This document shows, piece by piece, positions 1 through 10,334 of a DNA stretch of 64,000 nucleotides (the first letter of the stretch is position 1; the number at the start of each line of letters is the position of its first letter). Origin of the DNA: a virus (Duplodnaviria; Caudoviricetes). The stretch covers positions 64,001-128,000 of the IMG/VR virus record IMGVR_UViG_3300031555_003442, one strand, 5' to 3'. The translations under genes and the position numbers were made by a program. The notes under the pieces were generated by a model. That model saw only the letters and a program-made list of their open reading frames with translations. It was not told the DNA's origin and made no database searches.

Positions 1-54
1 TGATGTGGCCGACGAACTTGAAGAACTCTACATGAAGTAGGGAGGAACGGTAAA

Positions 55-210
55 ATGAAACCGCTTAAATTTCAGCATTTTTATGGAACGTATGAGTCCA
101 GGACTAGCGCTGCGGCGAAATGCTGCGAGTTTGTAAATGAAAATAAAATAGAGGTCGTATCTATCTCTCATTGCGAGTACGATGTCTTCCTTTACTATCG
201 GGAAAAGTAA
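55..210 (+). CDS. hypothetical protein (51 aa)
   Basis: GGAGG RBS, ATG..TAA read by eye; below ORF-track cutoff. Confidence 0.5.
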   Translation: MKPLKFQHFYGTYESRTSAAAKCCEFVNENKIEVVSISHCEYDVFLYYREK

Positions 211-228
211 TAACAGAACGAGGTCAAT

Positions 229-681
229 ATGTCAGAATTGAGATGTCAAGCAGAACTCAACTGGTACGAGGTTGGCAAGGAAACTCCTCGTGACAGCATC
301 CTTCTTTTCCTTGTCAGCGAAAAAGAACCTGAAATTCTGTACACTGGAATGAGTGTCAATGGTCAGTTTCGCATAATGGGTCAATTAGGTGGTATTCTAC
401 CACTTAAAGACACGAAATTCACTCACTTTGCATACGTGAACAAGAATATGCTTCCGATTAACTGCAAGCCAGGTTGTCTAGGCAGCGGTTGGCATCTTAC
501 CAAGGATGAACTTCCAGAAAATGACGAGCCCGTCGCAATCTGGCCTAGCTTCCAGGGTCGTCAGTTCGCTGTATGGAATAAGGAATGCGACTGCTGGGAT
601 ACCGAGGACGGCGACGATTACATGTGCGACAAGGATGCTGTCGAGAAGTGGTATCCTATTAACTGGGGAGGGGCGCAATGA
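229..681 (+). CDS. hypothetical phage protein, two DUF551-like W..LP modules
   Basis: ORF with GAGG RBS; WYEVGKETP and WHLTKDELP...WYPI segments. Confidence 0.6.
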   Translation: MSELRCQAELNWYEVGKETPRDSILLFLVSEKEPEILYTGMSVNGQFRIMGQLGGILPLKDTKFTHFAYVNKNMLPINCKPGCLGSGWHLTKDELPENDEPVAIWPSFQGRQFAVWNKECDCWDTEDGDDYMCDKDAVEKWYPINWGGAQ

Positions 682-911
682 TTTCCGAAGACCAGAAAAA
701 AGAAATCGATGAGCTTGCCGAACAGATGAAGTCGGAGGTTAAGGAAGACCATACGATTCTTGATGTTCTTCAAGATTGGGCCGAGTCCTCTCTGACTGCT
801 ACATGGCGACAATGTGAAAATATCATAATAGCCGCATATCAAATCGGAAAAGAACATGGAAGAAATGAAGTGCGTGACGCTCAACCAAAGGTGGTAACCC
901 ATGATAACTAG
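678..911 (+). CDS. hypothetical protein
   Basis: ATGA-coupled ORF in + run. Confidence 0.65.
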   Translation: MISEDQKKEIDELAEQMKSEVKEDHTILDVLQDWAESSLTATWRQCENIIIAAYQIGKEHGRNEVRDAQPKVVTHDN

Positions 912-1170
912 AAAAGAACTCGCTGATGCGATGCTCAAAAACGACAAGCTCAAACTGGGTGTGACCGAAAAGTTCTACGACCGTGAATCCCAATGCGCCT
1001 ACTGCGGCGACAAGGGTCAGGTTATTTTCGACCAGGACAACCAGGAACTTGACCGCTATGAAAACGACTTCTGTGTTGCCGCCCTTCCTGTCGAGTCGGT
1101 AAAACAAGCCATCGCTGCTCTGGAATACTACGAGGAGCATGGAGAACTTCCTGACGAAGAGTACGTGTAA
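901..1170 (+). CDS. hypothetical protein with CxxC
   Basis: overlapping ORF in + run, CAYC. Confidence 0.65.
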   Translation: MITRKELADAMLKNDKLKLGVTEKFYDRESQCAYCGDKGQVIFDQDNQELDRYENDFCVAALPVESVKQAIAALEYYEEHGELPDEEYV

Positions 1171-1183
1171 TAATGAGGTGAAC

Positions 1184-1501
1184 ATGAAACTCGTATATAA
1201 CAGCATAGAAATTACATGCACCGTAGATGAGTTCGAGGAGTTGGTTACCCGTGGTCTTATCCCTGGGCGAGAAGCCTTGATGGAAAAGTATAAGGACGAC
1301 GACTGGATTGGTATGATGCGTAAGCTGGTTCCTGAAAAGCCGAAGGACGGTCAGCCTGACCTCCCGTATAAGCCGCCTGTTGTCGCTCTATATGGTTGCG
1401 AGATGTCTAAGCCTATTGCTGTATATGGATGTCAGCCGATACCGTCAAAAGACTACGACCCTACTTATACATCTTCGCAGACGACAAGCGATGATAAATG
1501 A
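1184..1501 (+). CDS. hypothetical protein with duplicated (L/V)YGC motif
   Basis: GAGGTG RBS before ATG 1184. Confidence 0.65.
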   Translation: MKLVYNSIEITCTVDEFEELVTRGLIPGREALMEKYKDDDWIGMMRKLVPEKPKDGQPDLPYKPPVVALYGCEMSKPIAVYGCQPIPSKDYDPTYTSSQTTSDDK

Positions 1502-1508
1502 GGATGCT

Positions 1509-1691
1509 ATGACATCGAAAAACAAGCACGAGAAACTGAACGGGCGCAAACTGAGCAGGCCAACTCCCCGAGATTGTAAGAGCAGTCAGAGGAACGAGCA
1601 TGCAAAGCGTGGTGCATTCTATGACCAGAGCATACGGCAGCGCTTGAATATGGAAGCAAAGTCTGAAATCGCAGATGCTGCGGAGGAGTAA
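1509..1691 (+). CDS. small basic hypothetical protein
   Basis: GAGGA RBS before ATG 1509. Confidence 0.55.
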   Translation: MTSKNKHEKLNGRKLSRPTPRDCKSSQRNEHAKRGAFYDQSIRQRLNMEAKSEIADAAEE

Positions 1692-1693
1692 CT

Positions 1694-2059
1694 ATGTTCT
1701 GGTTTTTATTGGTAGTTGGTATAGGTGTTTTTGTCATACTCGTATTATGGGTGTATGCTTGCCTTACCGCAAAGAAAAACTTTTACCGTTGGGCAAGAAA
1801 CGGGCTTCCTCACTGGCCTATCTATGAAATTTACTGTGCCCGTTACCAGTTCGGACCACCTTATGAGTGGGACCCAGATTGTCGCATCAAGGCGGAATCT
1901 GCAAGTGCCGCAGTAGAACGATACTTGAACTGGTATCATCGTACCCATCACAAGCAGCACGAACTTGAACATGCTGGCCACTTCTGTTCGACAACCTATC
2001 AGTGGGGTAAAATCGAGGTTGTCAATCTCAGTACCAAGTGGCGTAGTTATTTTAGATAA
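1694..2059 (+). CDS. membrane-anchored hypothetical protein
   Basis: N-terminal hydrophobic helix; GGAGGAG RBS. Confidence 0.65.
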   Translation: MFWFLLVVGIGVFVILVLWVYACLTAKKNFYRWARNGLPHWPIYEIYCARYQFGPPYEWDPDCRIKAESASAAVERYLNWYHRTHHKQHELEHAGHFCSTTYQWGKIEVVNLSTKWRSYFR

Positions 2060-2067
2060 GGAATTTT

Positions 2068-2286
2068 ATGGCAAAGCTTGAAGTGACTAGCGTTAGAGAG
2101 AAGGAAGGCAGGACTTGCTTCTACTGCAACGATACCCTGATTTTCAGTTCTCCTACAAAGGTTCCCGAAAATTTCCAGGTATCTCAGGAGGCATGGGACG
2201 ATGCTCGTCAGATGTGCGTGGATGCCCGAATAAGGGGTAACTGGGTTGGTGAGGATATTACCAATCCGATTCCGTTTGAAGGTTAA
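2068..2286 (+). CDS. hypothetical protein
   Basis: AAGGA RBS, ORF in run. Confidence 0.6.
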   Translation: MAKLEVTSVREKEGRTCFYCNDTLIFSSPTKVPENFQVSQEAWDDARQMCVDARIRGNWVGEDITNPIPFEG

Positions 2287-2309
2287 CAATAAAATGAGGA
2301 ATAGGTGAT

Positions 2310-3134
2310 ATGAACCCAAGTTCAAAACTAGAAGCGGCCCTTGACTCGATGGGCTTGACTCAAGAACAGAAAGACAAGATTTGTGATGCTTACAAGGAAG
2401 ATTTGCGTAGGCAGACCGACAATATCGGCGACATGATTGATGCGTTCAAGGAAAAGCTGAACAAGAACAATACCGAGGCGCTCAACAGGACCCGTAAGGA
2501 AGTTACCAAGCAGATGTGGAATAATAACCGCATTGACTTGGAGAATGAAAAGGAAAAGCTAGAAGCGGAGTTCAAGAAGAAGCACGAGGCTGACGAAAAG
2601 CTTGAACAGAAGATGCTTGAAACGGTTAACGTTGCCGCCGAACGCTATGCCAATTACAGGCTTGGCGAAAAATGTACGGAAGGTGATGTCGAGGCGTTGA
2701 AGGCGTTGGCGAAGGACGTGTTTGAGCACCTGAAGGCCGAGATGAACGCCCCGCTGTACATTGTCACGGTGACCTATCAGCACGACATGGATGTCGAAGA
2801 CCGTAAAATCTACATCGGTCGTGACCCAGTAAAGGCAAAGCGTGCGTTCATGAACTACCAGGAACTTTGGCACAAGGAGAGCAAGCGTAAGTTCCCGAAC
2901 CCGTTCAAGTATAAGGAGAGCAACGGTTATTTCGAGGGAGCCAAGTATCTGGACGACGAAATTACTGGCAAGCAGGCTGACGAAATGTTGTCCGACGCCC
3001 TTGACGAGTCCATTGCGAACAAGCATGACTACACAATCAGGCCAGACGATATTGGCGAGGACCTGGACTTCAATAATTCCCCATGCTCTCTGGAAGTGAT
3101 TGTAGGCGACTACGAAACCTACGGCGGTGTATGA
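2310..3134 (+). CDS. coiled-coil hypothetical protein
   Basis: 274-aa ORF with E/K-rich N-terminal half. Confidence 0.75.
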   Translation: MNPSSKLEAALDSMGLTQEQKDKICDAYKEDLRRQTDNIGDMIDAFKEKLNKNNTEALNRTRKEVTKQMWNNNRIDLENEKEKLEAEFKKKHEADEKLEQKMLETVNVAAERYANYRLGEKCTEGDVEALKALAKDVFEHLKAEMNAPLYIVTVTYQHDMDVEDRKIYIGRDPVKAKRAFMNYQELWHKESKRKFPNPFKYKESNGYFEGAKYLDDEITGKQADEMLSDALDESIANKHDYTIRPDDIGEDLDFNNSPCSLEVIVGDYETYGGV

Positions 3135-3154
3135 TGAAACCCACAGGAGGAAAT

Positions 3155-3328
3155 ATGAAAAAGGATAACCTGATTGAAACAATCAAAAAGGACTCCCTTG
3201 CGGAGGATGTCGCACACCTAATCGTTAACAAATGGGGTATCAACCTCGTTGCCGTAAAGAGCATAACGATTAACCGACAGAAAGACGGTCAGCTAAAAGA
3301 CCTTCACGTCGAGTTCATTCCAGCCTAG
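3155..3328 (+). CDS. hypothetical protein
   Basis: AGGAGG RBS before ATG 3155. Confidence 0.55.
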   Translation: MKKDNLIETIKKDSLAEDVAHLIVNKWGINLVAVKSITINRQKDGQLKDLHVEFIPA

Positions 3329-3343
3329 TTTAAGGCAAAAAGA

Positions 3344-3368
3344 AAAGGGCAAGCAATGCTTGCCCTTT
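3344..3368. terminator. bidirectional intrinsic terminator
   Basis: AAAGGGCAAGC-AAT-GCTTGCCCTTT hairpin between convergent genes. Confidence 0.8.
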
Positions 3369-3384
3369 CTTAATTTCACGCCTA

Positions 3385-4110
3385 TTAGACGTGCTTGTAT
3401 CCAGGCGGAATCCAGATGGTGAACCTGTCGTACTGGAACGTTGCGTTCCAAGTACCGAGTTCAGCCACGTTGTAAGTTCCCTTCGTCGGCAACTTGACAG
3501 TCCGCGGCCATGCGTTGATATACGTGATGGAGAAGATGCAGTCACCGTACATCCAGTCGTAGTATTCCAGCGTAACCGTCTGGTTACGGAGGAGCCGCAC
3601 GGTCGGGTTAGGCCAGTTGGCCTGTTGGCCGAGACCGAGGTGGATGTGGTTAGAAGAATCCTGGGCGATACGGTTCGTCTGCCAGTTGGCGTCTGAACGG
3701 TTTGCCAAGGTTAGCTCACCCGTGTTGTAGATGAGGTTACGCCATTCCATCATGGCTTCATACGGAGCCATATCTTCGGTACACACACCGCCGATGGAGA
3801 ATGTACCATCGAGGCCGTGCTGACCGACAGGATAGTGCTTGTTGAAGCCCATGTACTGGAACGCCTTGGATTCCAACTCGACGGCTGGAATGTCAGGCGG
3901 TTCCTGGACGTAGAGAGCAAAGGATGCTTCGCCGTCCTGGATGTCGAACTGGTCGTGGTTTTGAAGGCCCATGCCGAAGGCGTGGAAGATTTCTGTGGAA
4001 ATCAGCATCCTCCAACGGCTGGTCCTATACGGGTCGGCGAGGGTGTCAATGACAGCGCCAAAGAACACCTTTTTCTTCAATTCGTCGTCGATTGTCTGGT
4101 TGATACCCAT
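3385..4110 (-). CDS. tail tube protein (T4 gp19-like)
   Basis: directly downstream of the sheath gene; DPYRTSRW N-terminus, NAWP and TFQYD tube-like motifs. Confidence 0.8.
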   Translation of the reverse strand: MGINQTIDDELKKKVFFGAVIDTLADPYRTSRWRMLISTEIFHAFGMGLQNHDQFDIQDGEASFALYVQEPPDIPAVELESKAFQYMGFNKHYPVGQHGLDGTFSIGGVCTEDMAPYEAMMEWRNLIYNTGELTLANRSDANWQTNRIAQDSSNHIHLGLGQQANWPNPTVRLLRNQTVTLEYYDWMYGDCIFSITYINAWPRTVKLPTKGTYNVAELGTWNATFQYDRFTIWIPPGYKHV

Positions 4111-4123
4111 AGTTTACCTCCAA

Positions 4124-7100
4124 TTACACATAAAGTGAAGTGGTCTGAGTGTTGCTAGAACCATTGGATTCAACAATAGTTCTCAATGTAATCCAGCGAG
4201 AGGTCTTGGTTGGCTTCAAGCGGAGGTCAACGTGCAACTCGTTCCTGTCGATTACGTCAGGCGTGTTGTTCGTGTCGTCGCAGATAGCCGTACCTGAGTA
4301 CAAACCAGCCGGGTTAGAGTTCATGATTGCATCGAGTTGAGCCTGCAGGTCCGACTGGATGTTCGTACGCAGGTTGGTGGTGTTCAACTGGAAGACCTTC
4401 CTATCGAGGTAGTGATAGAACATCTTGTGAATACCAGCCAAGAGCATAGCGACATGAATCTGGTCGAATGCTGAGCTTTCCTTCTGCATCGTGAAGTCGC
4501 CCCAGATGAACATTCCACGGCTGTTGAAACGAGTCGGGTTGACCCTGATTTCGGTCAGACGTGCGATGTTGGAATCCGTGTCTTCTGGATACTTGAAGGT
4601 TCTCGGATACTTTTCGGTTACGCCCCATTCCGTCGGGATGACAGCGTTGATTTCGCCAGCAGGCGGCAACCACCAGATACCGTTGGCAGCGTTTGCCGTG
4701 ATGATGGAGGCCAGCTGTACGGACTTCACCACTTCGACGTTCATGAGGGTGTAGTAGCTGTCGAAGAAGATGCCACGGCCATCGTAGATAGCGCCCCAAC
4801 GGCCCTTCACTCCGAAGCCCTGTGAACCAATCATCTTCCTGAGGGTAGTCTCGATGTTGGCTTCGCCTACGCCGTCAAGGATAGCAAAGCAGTCCTTACG
4901 GAGTTCGCAGACATTGAGGATTGCGGAAATGACCGTACCGTCGAGAACTTCACGGTCCTTCTTGAACAGGTTCGTGACACCAGTACCAGCACCGATGAGC
5001 ATAGACACGTCCGTGCCATCCTTGTCGAGGAACAGGTTCCAAGCGTTTGCAAGGGTAGCGGTGTCGCTGTTGTTGGCTGGCGTGTATTCCCAGATTGCGT
5101 CGTTGATGATGGCCGGGTCACGTTCATCGTATGCGAGCATCGTGGAAACAGAGTCGAGACGTCCGTTTTCAACACTCTGGGACATATCGTAAGAGTTGTT
5201 CGTGAGGAAGTTGTCGAGGATGCCGCTGTCGTTGATGAGGAGCCTTGCACCGCTGTTCGTGAGAACAGAGTCGGCCACGTCACCAATGTAGAGGTTACCG
5301 TCATCATGCACGTAAGGCACGATGGTTCCTTCCATCTCGTAGCTCTTGCCGTTGAAGTGGTAGGTGATGTAGAGGTACATCCTTGCGATGGCCTCGCCTT
5401 CCGTAGAAAGCACATACACCTGCTTTGCAACGCCATTGAAGTTCACATCTTCGTACTTGACGGATGCGAGACCCATTGCGTTGAACGAAGCACCGATTTC
5501 GTCGCTCACGAGGAGCTTGTCGGTACGCTGCATCACGCCACCGTTGTAGGTAGAGTATGCGAAGTCGAGCAGGTCCTTGTACGGGTCGCTTTCCTCGTGT
5601 TCACCAGGAACGATGAAGTTTTCTTCCTGTACGTTCGCAGGAACCGTCAGGTCGTATGCACCGAGCATATTGAATGTCAAGCCATCCTTGCCAGCCACCC
5701 AGATGTTTGCATTGGATGCAGTGAGGTCGACCAGTTTCCATTCGCTGTTCGCACCGAACTTGTTAGCCTTACCCGTATACTCGTCGAATTCGATATCTCC
5801 GTGGTGGCTCAAAATCACGATGTCCTTGAACGTGTTGATGTTCTGGACAACGTAGATATCGTCCTTGCCGAAGATTTCCGTCTGGTCGTCAGCTGCCTTG
5901 TTCGTCTTCTGAGGAACGAATGCGACGAGGTCGCCAATTCCGTACTGAGTTGCTGTTCCGAACGGTACCTGCACGCCGATTGTGGTCGGCGTGTTGTACT
6001 TGTACCTGTCGGCAGGGTCGGTAATCTGGGTGACGTTGTTGCCAAGGTAAGTGTTGATTGCGAACCCTTCCTTGTTGAAAGCAGCAAGGATGTTATTCGT
6101 CGTTGCCGTGAGGTTGATGAGAGTCGTTCCGAGTTCACCGCTAACGTCGGTACCATCCTTGTCGGTGAGAGTTACTGCGCCAGAACCCGTCACAGCAGTG
6201 ACGTAGTATTCGAGCTTTTTTGCATCATTTTTGAGCTGGATAATGTCGTCTGCGGATACAGTGCCGACATCGACCATGGCACGAGTCTGCAACATATCAG
6301 GCTTTCCTGAAAGGGTTTCAGGGAACACCATCGTAACGACGTATTCCAGAACGGGGTAAGTAGCCGTAAAGCTGATTTCGTCGTCCACTTCAGGGGCTGT
6401 AGCTCCCTCGGGATAGACAAATGTCCAAGAACTGCCGCTCTTGCTGATGGTACCCGAGTCGCAGGTATATGTTGCGTCGTCGGGAACATCGGTTTCAACG
6501 AAGGTTACCGTACCAGTTGCCGTGCGGGTGTTTTTATCCACGGCAGTAACCTTGAATGTACCAGCACTCGTCTTAGGAGTTTCACTTTCGACGGCTTTCG
6601 GGCCAGACACGTTAACACCAAGGTATTCTTCATTCTTGGTTCCGAAGGTCGCAACAACGGAGTCTTCAGCATTGATTCTGTCCATAAACTCGATAGCATC
6701 ATCTTCCTCTTCGAAGGTTGCTGTGAGTTTCTTCGGTGCGGAAGATGTCCATGTAACATTGGTGAGTTCAACCGTGTTCAACACGTCAGGACGGTTGGAG
6801 TTGACGTTCAGCGTGACAATCTTTGCAGATGCGTCGCAGCTTTCCTTTCCAACGGACGTGATTTCGTAAGAGTCGAACTTTGTTGCACCAACAGCGTCGG
6901 CATCCAGCGTGACTGTCACTTCTCCATCGACCGTGACCGTGTCGACCGTACCCGTGACACTCTTCGTGTCATTGTAGTAGAACTTGACGGTGTCGCCCGC
7001 TTCAAGAACAGCGTCTTGGGGAGTGAACGTGAACGTCCTCAGACCTGCGATACCAGTGATTTCTTCATCTGTCGGGAGACCGATGATACGGGTAATCTTG

Positions 7101-8188
7101 ACGTTGGCATCAGGTTCACGCAACAGGATTGCGGAACCCATCTTAATCTTGTCGAAGTCAACGATGTTGCTCGTCTTGACATAGTTCATTTCGCCGTACT
7201 TCTTGACAGCACGGTTTGCAACAGCCGTCTTCACTTCGAGGTAGTCAACACCAGTCGTAGCGTCGTCGTTGTTGCAGAAGAACGATGCGGTCTTGCTTGC
7301 CATGGACGGGACATTGTTCATCTCGGTTTCGTACTCGGCGACAACCTGAGTGTCCAAAATCTTGTTGACCGTCGCATACACGCCCGTCTCGTTCTGAACG
7401 AAGTTAGAAGCGGGGAAGTAGATTACGTCGCCAACATTGAAGGCAGGAACAGAGTCGCAAACGAGGGTTACGAGCCTCTTGTTTTCCTTGCGAACCGTAG
7501 CGGTGTACCTATCGGCAGCACGCCTTGCAGCGGTCGGGTCGCTGTTGACGAGAGCGAAAAGCACGATGTTGGTATCGGAACGCACGTCAGACGGCTTTCC
7601 TTCTTCGTTGAACTCTTCACCAGCGGTCAACTGGAAGTCCACGTTGGAGTTCTCGGCGATGGTCTCCTGGATGGTGTTAATCTTGCGTTTACCACCGAAA
7701 CCAGAGAAACCGTCTGCGATATAGCGGGTAGCGGCGAAGTGACGGATATCGAAGGACGTATGAATCACGTCGGTATCGTTTTCATCGCTGGTACGGGACC
7801 TATCGTAGTAGTCGCTCTTGGCAGCACTGCGGTCGAAAGACACGACAAATGCGTCAGACTTCAAGTCGGACTTGCGAACGTCGGTCTTTTCCACCTGTTC
7901 GCCGTAGGGACGAACGAAGTGTACGTGGCCGCCGTTGTTAAGCACGGCACGGGTAGCGTACATACCCATGTTCCACTTGGCCTGGTTGAACCCGAGGCCG
8001 AGGATGGAATCCTGATTCGCCGTATTGGTGATTTTCAGGATTTTGTTAAATTCGCCCTTAGGGGAGTAGCCAACAACGCCGCCGATTAGGGACGGGTTGT
8101 CAATGAAAGAATAACCTGAACGGTCTTCAATCTTGATGGCCACGCCTGGACTTCCTTTTCTAGCCATAATACCCTCATATTTGGTCAT
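4124..8188 (-). CDS. contractile tail sheath protein (gp18-like), enlarged
   Basis: SPGVAIKIED start; C-terminal WWLPPAG, VNP, IWGDFT, SAFDQIHV, CDDTNNTPDVIDRNELHVDLRLKP motifs. Confidence 0.92.
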   Translation of the reverse strand: MTKYEGIMARKGSPGVAIKIEDRSGYSFIDNPSLIGGVVGYSPKGEFNKILKITNTANQDSILGLGFNQAKWNMGMYATRAVLNNGGHVHFVRPYGEQVEKTDVRKSDLKSDAFVVSFDRSAAKSDYYDRSRTSDENDTDVIHTSFDIRHFAATRYIADGFSGFGGKRKINTIQETIAENSNVDFQLTAGEEFNEEGKPSDVRSDTNIVLFALVNSDPTAARRAADRYTATVRKENKRLVTLVCDSVPAFNVGDVIYFPASNFVQNETGVYATVNKILDTQVVAEYETEMNNVPSMASKTASFFCNNDDATTGVDYLEVKTAVANRAVKKYGEMNYVKTSNIVDFDKIKMGSAILLREPDANVKITRIIGLPTDEEITGIAGLRTFTFTPQDAVLEAGDTVKFYYNDTKSVTGTVDTVTVDGEVTVTLDADAVGATKFDSYEITSVGKESCDASAKIVTLNVNSNRPDVLNTVELTNVTWTSSAPKKLTATFEEEDDAIEFMDRINAEDSVVATFGTKNEEYLGVNVSGPKAVESETPKTSAGTFKVTAVDKNTRTATGTVTFVETDVPDDATYTCDSGTISKSGSSWTFVYPEGATAPEVDDEISFTATYPVLEYVVTMVFPETLSGKPDMLQTRAMVDVGTVSADDIIQLKNDAKKLEYYVTAVTGSGAVTLTDKDGTDVSGELGTTLINLTATTNNILAAFNKEGFAINTYLGNNVTQITDPADRYKYNTPTTIGVQVPFGTATQYGIGDLVAFVPQKTNKAADDQTEIFGKDDIYVVQNINTFKDIVILSHHGDIEFDEYTGKANKFGANSEWKLVDLTASNANIWVAGKDGLTFNMLGAYDLTVPANVQEENFIVPGEHEESDPYKDLLDFAYSTYNGGVMQRTDKLLVSDEIGASFNAMGLASVKYEDVNFNGVAKQVYVLSTEGEAIARMYLYITYHFNGKSYEMEGTIVPYVHDDGNLYIGDVADSVLTNSGARLLINDSGILDNFLTNNSYDMSQSVENGRLDSVSTMLAYDERDPAIINDAIWEYTPANNSDTATLANAWNLFLDKDGTDVSMLIGAGTGVTNLFKKDREVLDGTVISAILNVCELRKDCFAILDGVGEANIETTLRKMIGSQGFGVKGRWGAIYDGRGIFFDSYYTLMNVEVVKSVQLASIITANAANGIWWLPPAGEINAVIPTEWGVTEKYPRTFKYPEDTDSNIARLTEIRVNPTRFNSRGMFIWGDFTMQKESSAFDQIHVAMLLAGIHKMFYHYLDRKVFQLNTTNLRTNIQSDLQAQLDAIMNSNPAGLYSGTAICDDTNNTPDVIDRNELHVDLRLKPTKTSRWITLRTIVESNGSSNTQTTSLYV

Positions 8189-8200
8189 TACTCATCATAA

Positions 8201-8208
8201 AGTTTATG
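8201..8208 (-). promoter_or_regulatory. putative phage late promoter CATAAACT
   Basis: recurrent intergenic motif, 12 nt before the sheath ATG. Confidence 0.6.
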
Positions 8209-8298
8209 TAGTGGCCACAATTTTGAAAAAATCCGCATTTTGACCCTTGCCGAATGGGCCCTAAAAAATGTATCTTAAGGGTAAACTACAGGTACAGT

Positions 8299-8616
8299 AT
8301 GAGAGAAATTAGGATACAACTCCATCGCCTGGCCAATTTTATTGGAATTTTGGGCGTATTTAAGGATTTCTTTGGGGATGAGGCCAAGCTGGCTAAAATC
8401 TACCGTGTTCTCATGGGAGGTTTGATTGCCTATATCATAGGCAGGACCGCCTACATGACCTACAAGGTCTTCAAGAACGGGTATGTAAAAGAGATTCAGC
8501 GTAGAATCGACGACGATGAGCTGGAAGAAGGCGGGAACGGGTATGAAGACCGTCCCTCGCTAGACATCGGACCAGAGGATGATGACGAAGACACGGAAGG
8601 AGAGTATGGGTACTAA
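8299..8616 (+). CDS. small membrane protein with acidic tail
   Basis: hydrophobic segments; overlaps the ATPase start. Confidence 0.6.
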   Translation: MREIRIQLHRLANFIGILGVFKDFFGDEAKLAKIYRVLMGGLIAYIIGRTAYMTYKVFKNGYVKEIQRRIDDDELEEGGNGYEDRPSLDIGPEDDDEDTEGEYGY

Positions 8617-10192
8617 TCAACCAACACCAAAGCCTGTAATTAAAGTAGATTTCAGAACGTCGGACGAATGGAAGAAGTTCGGATGGCGTGAAAAGCTGGG
8701 ATGGGTCGCACACGTATTTAGGGACAATGTCGGCAACATCAAGGGAATGATTAACGACAACCTGAACGACCTGTTCACCGTCATGCATGCGGCGTCCCGT
8801 ACGGGAACTGTGTACCGCAAGCTTGTAGACCTCGGACAAATCACGATGGCGTCGAACAAGTTCCTGTCTGGGCTGGAAAGCATCCTGACAAAGGAAACCC
8901 GTATCGCCAGCAACCAGTACGACTACATCTTGAAGTGGGTACACGCCCCGAGCGTAGACAACCTGTTCATCAATGATGTCGGAATCAACTCGGACATTGT
9001 GAGAACATTCGCCGAGAACATCAAGAAGATTTCGGAGAGCGGTGCGTTCAAAATCAAGAAGATGGAGTACGAGCCCAAGACCAAGACGAACGGTCATGAT
9101 GTGGCGGTTAACTACCTCCTCGAATACACGGGCGACGTGAAAGATGCTAATGGCATGGAAATCTTCATCCATTGCTCTTATTTCAACACGACCGACAATT
9201 CGGGTAAGATTCTGACAACCCCGACGAAGGGTACTTTCCTGTTCGCCCTTAACATGGAAGGCAAGAACTACCCCATTGTCGACAATCTCGAAAACAATGG
9301 CGACGGTTGCTTCGATGTATACCGTTCGATGCTCATGGTAGCATTGCAGAATTACGTCAATAGCCTTGACATCGCAAACAACTTTGTCAAGCTTGAGCCG
9401 TACGGCGACCTCAGGGCGACGTCCCGCCGCAAGGTTCCTTTCAATATCAGGAATTTCGACAAGGAAGCTATCATTACCGAAATGAAGAAATGTCTCGAAC
9501 ACGGCAAGCGTCGTGGATACATGTTCATGGGCGACCCTGGTACAGGAAAGACGGAATCAATCCAGAAGCTGCTCGAACAGTTTACCGACCTGCCCGTATT
9601 CTGGGTTGACAGCTCGTCTCTCAGTTCCTACACGGCTATTCACGAAGTGTTCGAGACTCTTCACTACTTCCCGAAGTCAATCTGCGTTTTTGACGATATT
9701 GATGCACTGGACCTCACTGCCAAGTCGGACAAGACCACTGCGTTCATCGAATGCATGGACTGCAAGGATGACAAGCTGGCCTACAACGGAATCGTAATCA
9801 TGACGGTAAACGAACCGACCCGTGTACATTCCTCAATCAAGTCAAGGCCCGGCCGTATCGACAAGATTATCTACATCAAGAACCCAGAGACACTCGAAAG
9901 CGTGTTCGATGTCATCACCCAGAGATATGTCAGGGCGGACTGCCAGATGCCGTCCGAGTTCCGTATGACGAGCAAGAAGTTTGTCTCCTGCATGCAGAAG
10001 TGCATTGACGCTAACTTCACCCATGCCCATATCGCTGGCATCATCGACGACATCATCTATCTCTCGGATACCACGGGCAAGAAGCTCCTGGCCGAGCTTT
10101 CCTCCAGAATCGACGACCGCATCATGTCCATCAAGTATGCCAACATGAAGACAAAGAACGGGTACTTCGAAAAGGGGAGTCTGGGTGACTGA
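8606..10192 (+). CDS. AAA+ ATPase
   Basis: Walker A GDPGTGKT, Walker B ICVFDDID, SRH RPGRID. Confidence 0.88.
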   Translation: MGTNQPTPKPVIKVDFRTSDEWKKFGWREKLGWVAHVFRDNVGNIKGMINDNLNDLFTVMHAASRTGTVYRKLVDLGQITMASNKFLSGLESILTKETRIASNQYDYILKWVHAPSVDNLFINDVGINSDIVRTFAENIKKISESGAFKIKKMEYEPKTKTNGHDVAVNYLLEYTGDVKDANGMEIFIHCSYFNTTDNSGKILTTPTKGTFLFALNMEGKNYPIVDNLENNGDGCFDVYRSMLMVALQNYVNSLDIANNFVKLEPYGDLRATSRRKVPFNIRNFDKEAIITEMKKCLEHGKRRGYMFMGDPGTGKTESIQKLLEQFTDLPVFWVDSSSLSSYTAIHEVFETLHYFPKSICVFDDIDALDLTAKSDKTTAFIECMDCKDDKLAYNGIVIMTVNEPTRVHSSIKSRPGRIDKIIYIKNPETLESVFDVITQRYVRADCQMPSEFRMTSKKFVSCMQKCIDANFTHAHIAGIIDDIIYLSDTTGKKLLAELSSRIDDRIMSIKYANMKTKNGYFEKGSLGD

Positions 10193-10212
10193 CCGACATG
10201 TTAGAAACAGGA

Positions 10213-10242
10213 ACATCTAGTTAGATTTAACTAGGTGTTTTT
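10213..10242 (+). terminator. intrinsic terminator
   Basis: AACATCTAGTTA-GATT-TAACTAGGTGTT plus T-run. Confidence 0.7.
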
Positions 10243-10334
10243 ATTCGATATTGCCTAAAAACAGCCAAATTCCACAACTTTTCCACAGCGATAAAAAACA
10301 TCTAAAATTGTGTGGCAACTTCCCGAAAAGCGAC

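Noticed and set aside
5306-8089. Long + strand ORFs (334 and 357 aa) opposite the sheath; similar shadows opposite nrdD, the AAA gene, nadE and 21128-22495
   Set aside because: Antisense shadows of strongly codon-biased real genes; no RBS or motifs
10268-10320. DnaA-box-like TTTTCCACA and neighbours upstream of nrdD
   Set aside because: Only one good match; not enough to call an origin or regulatory array
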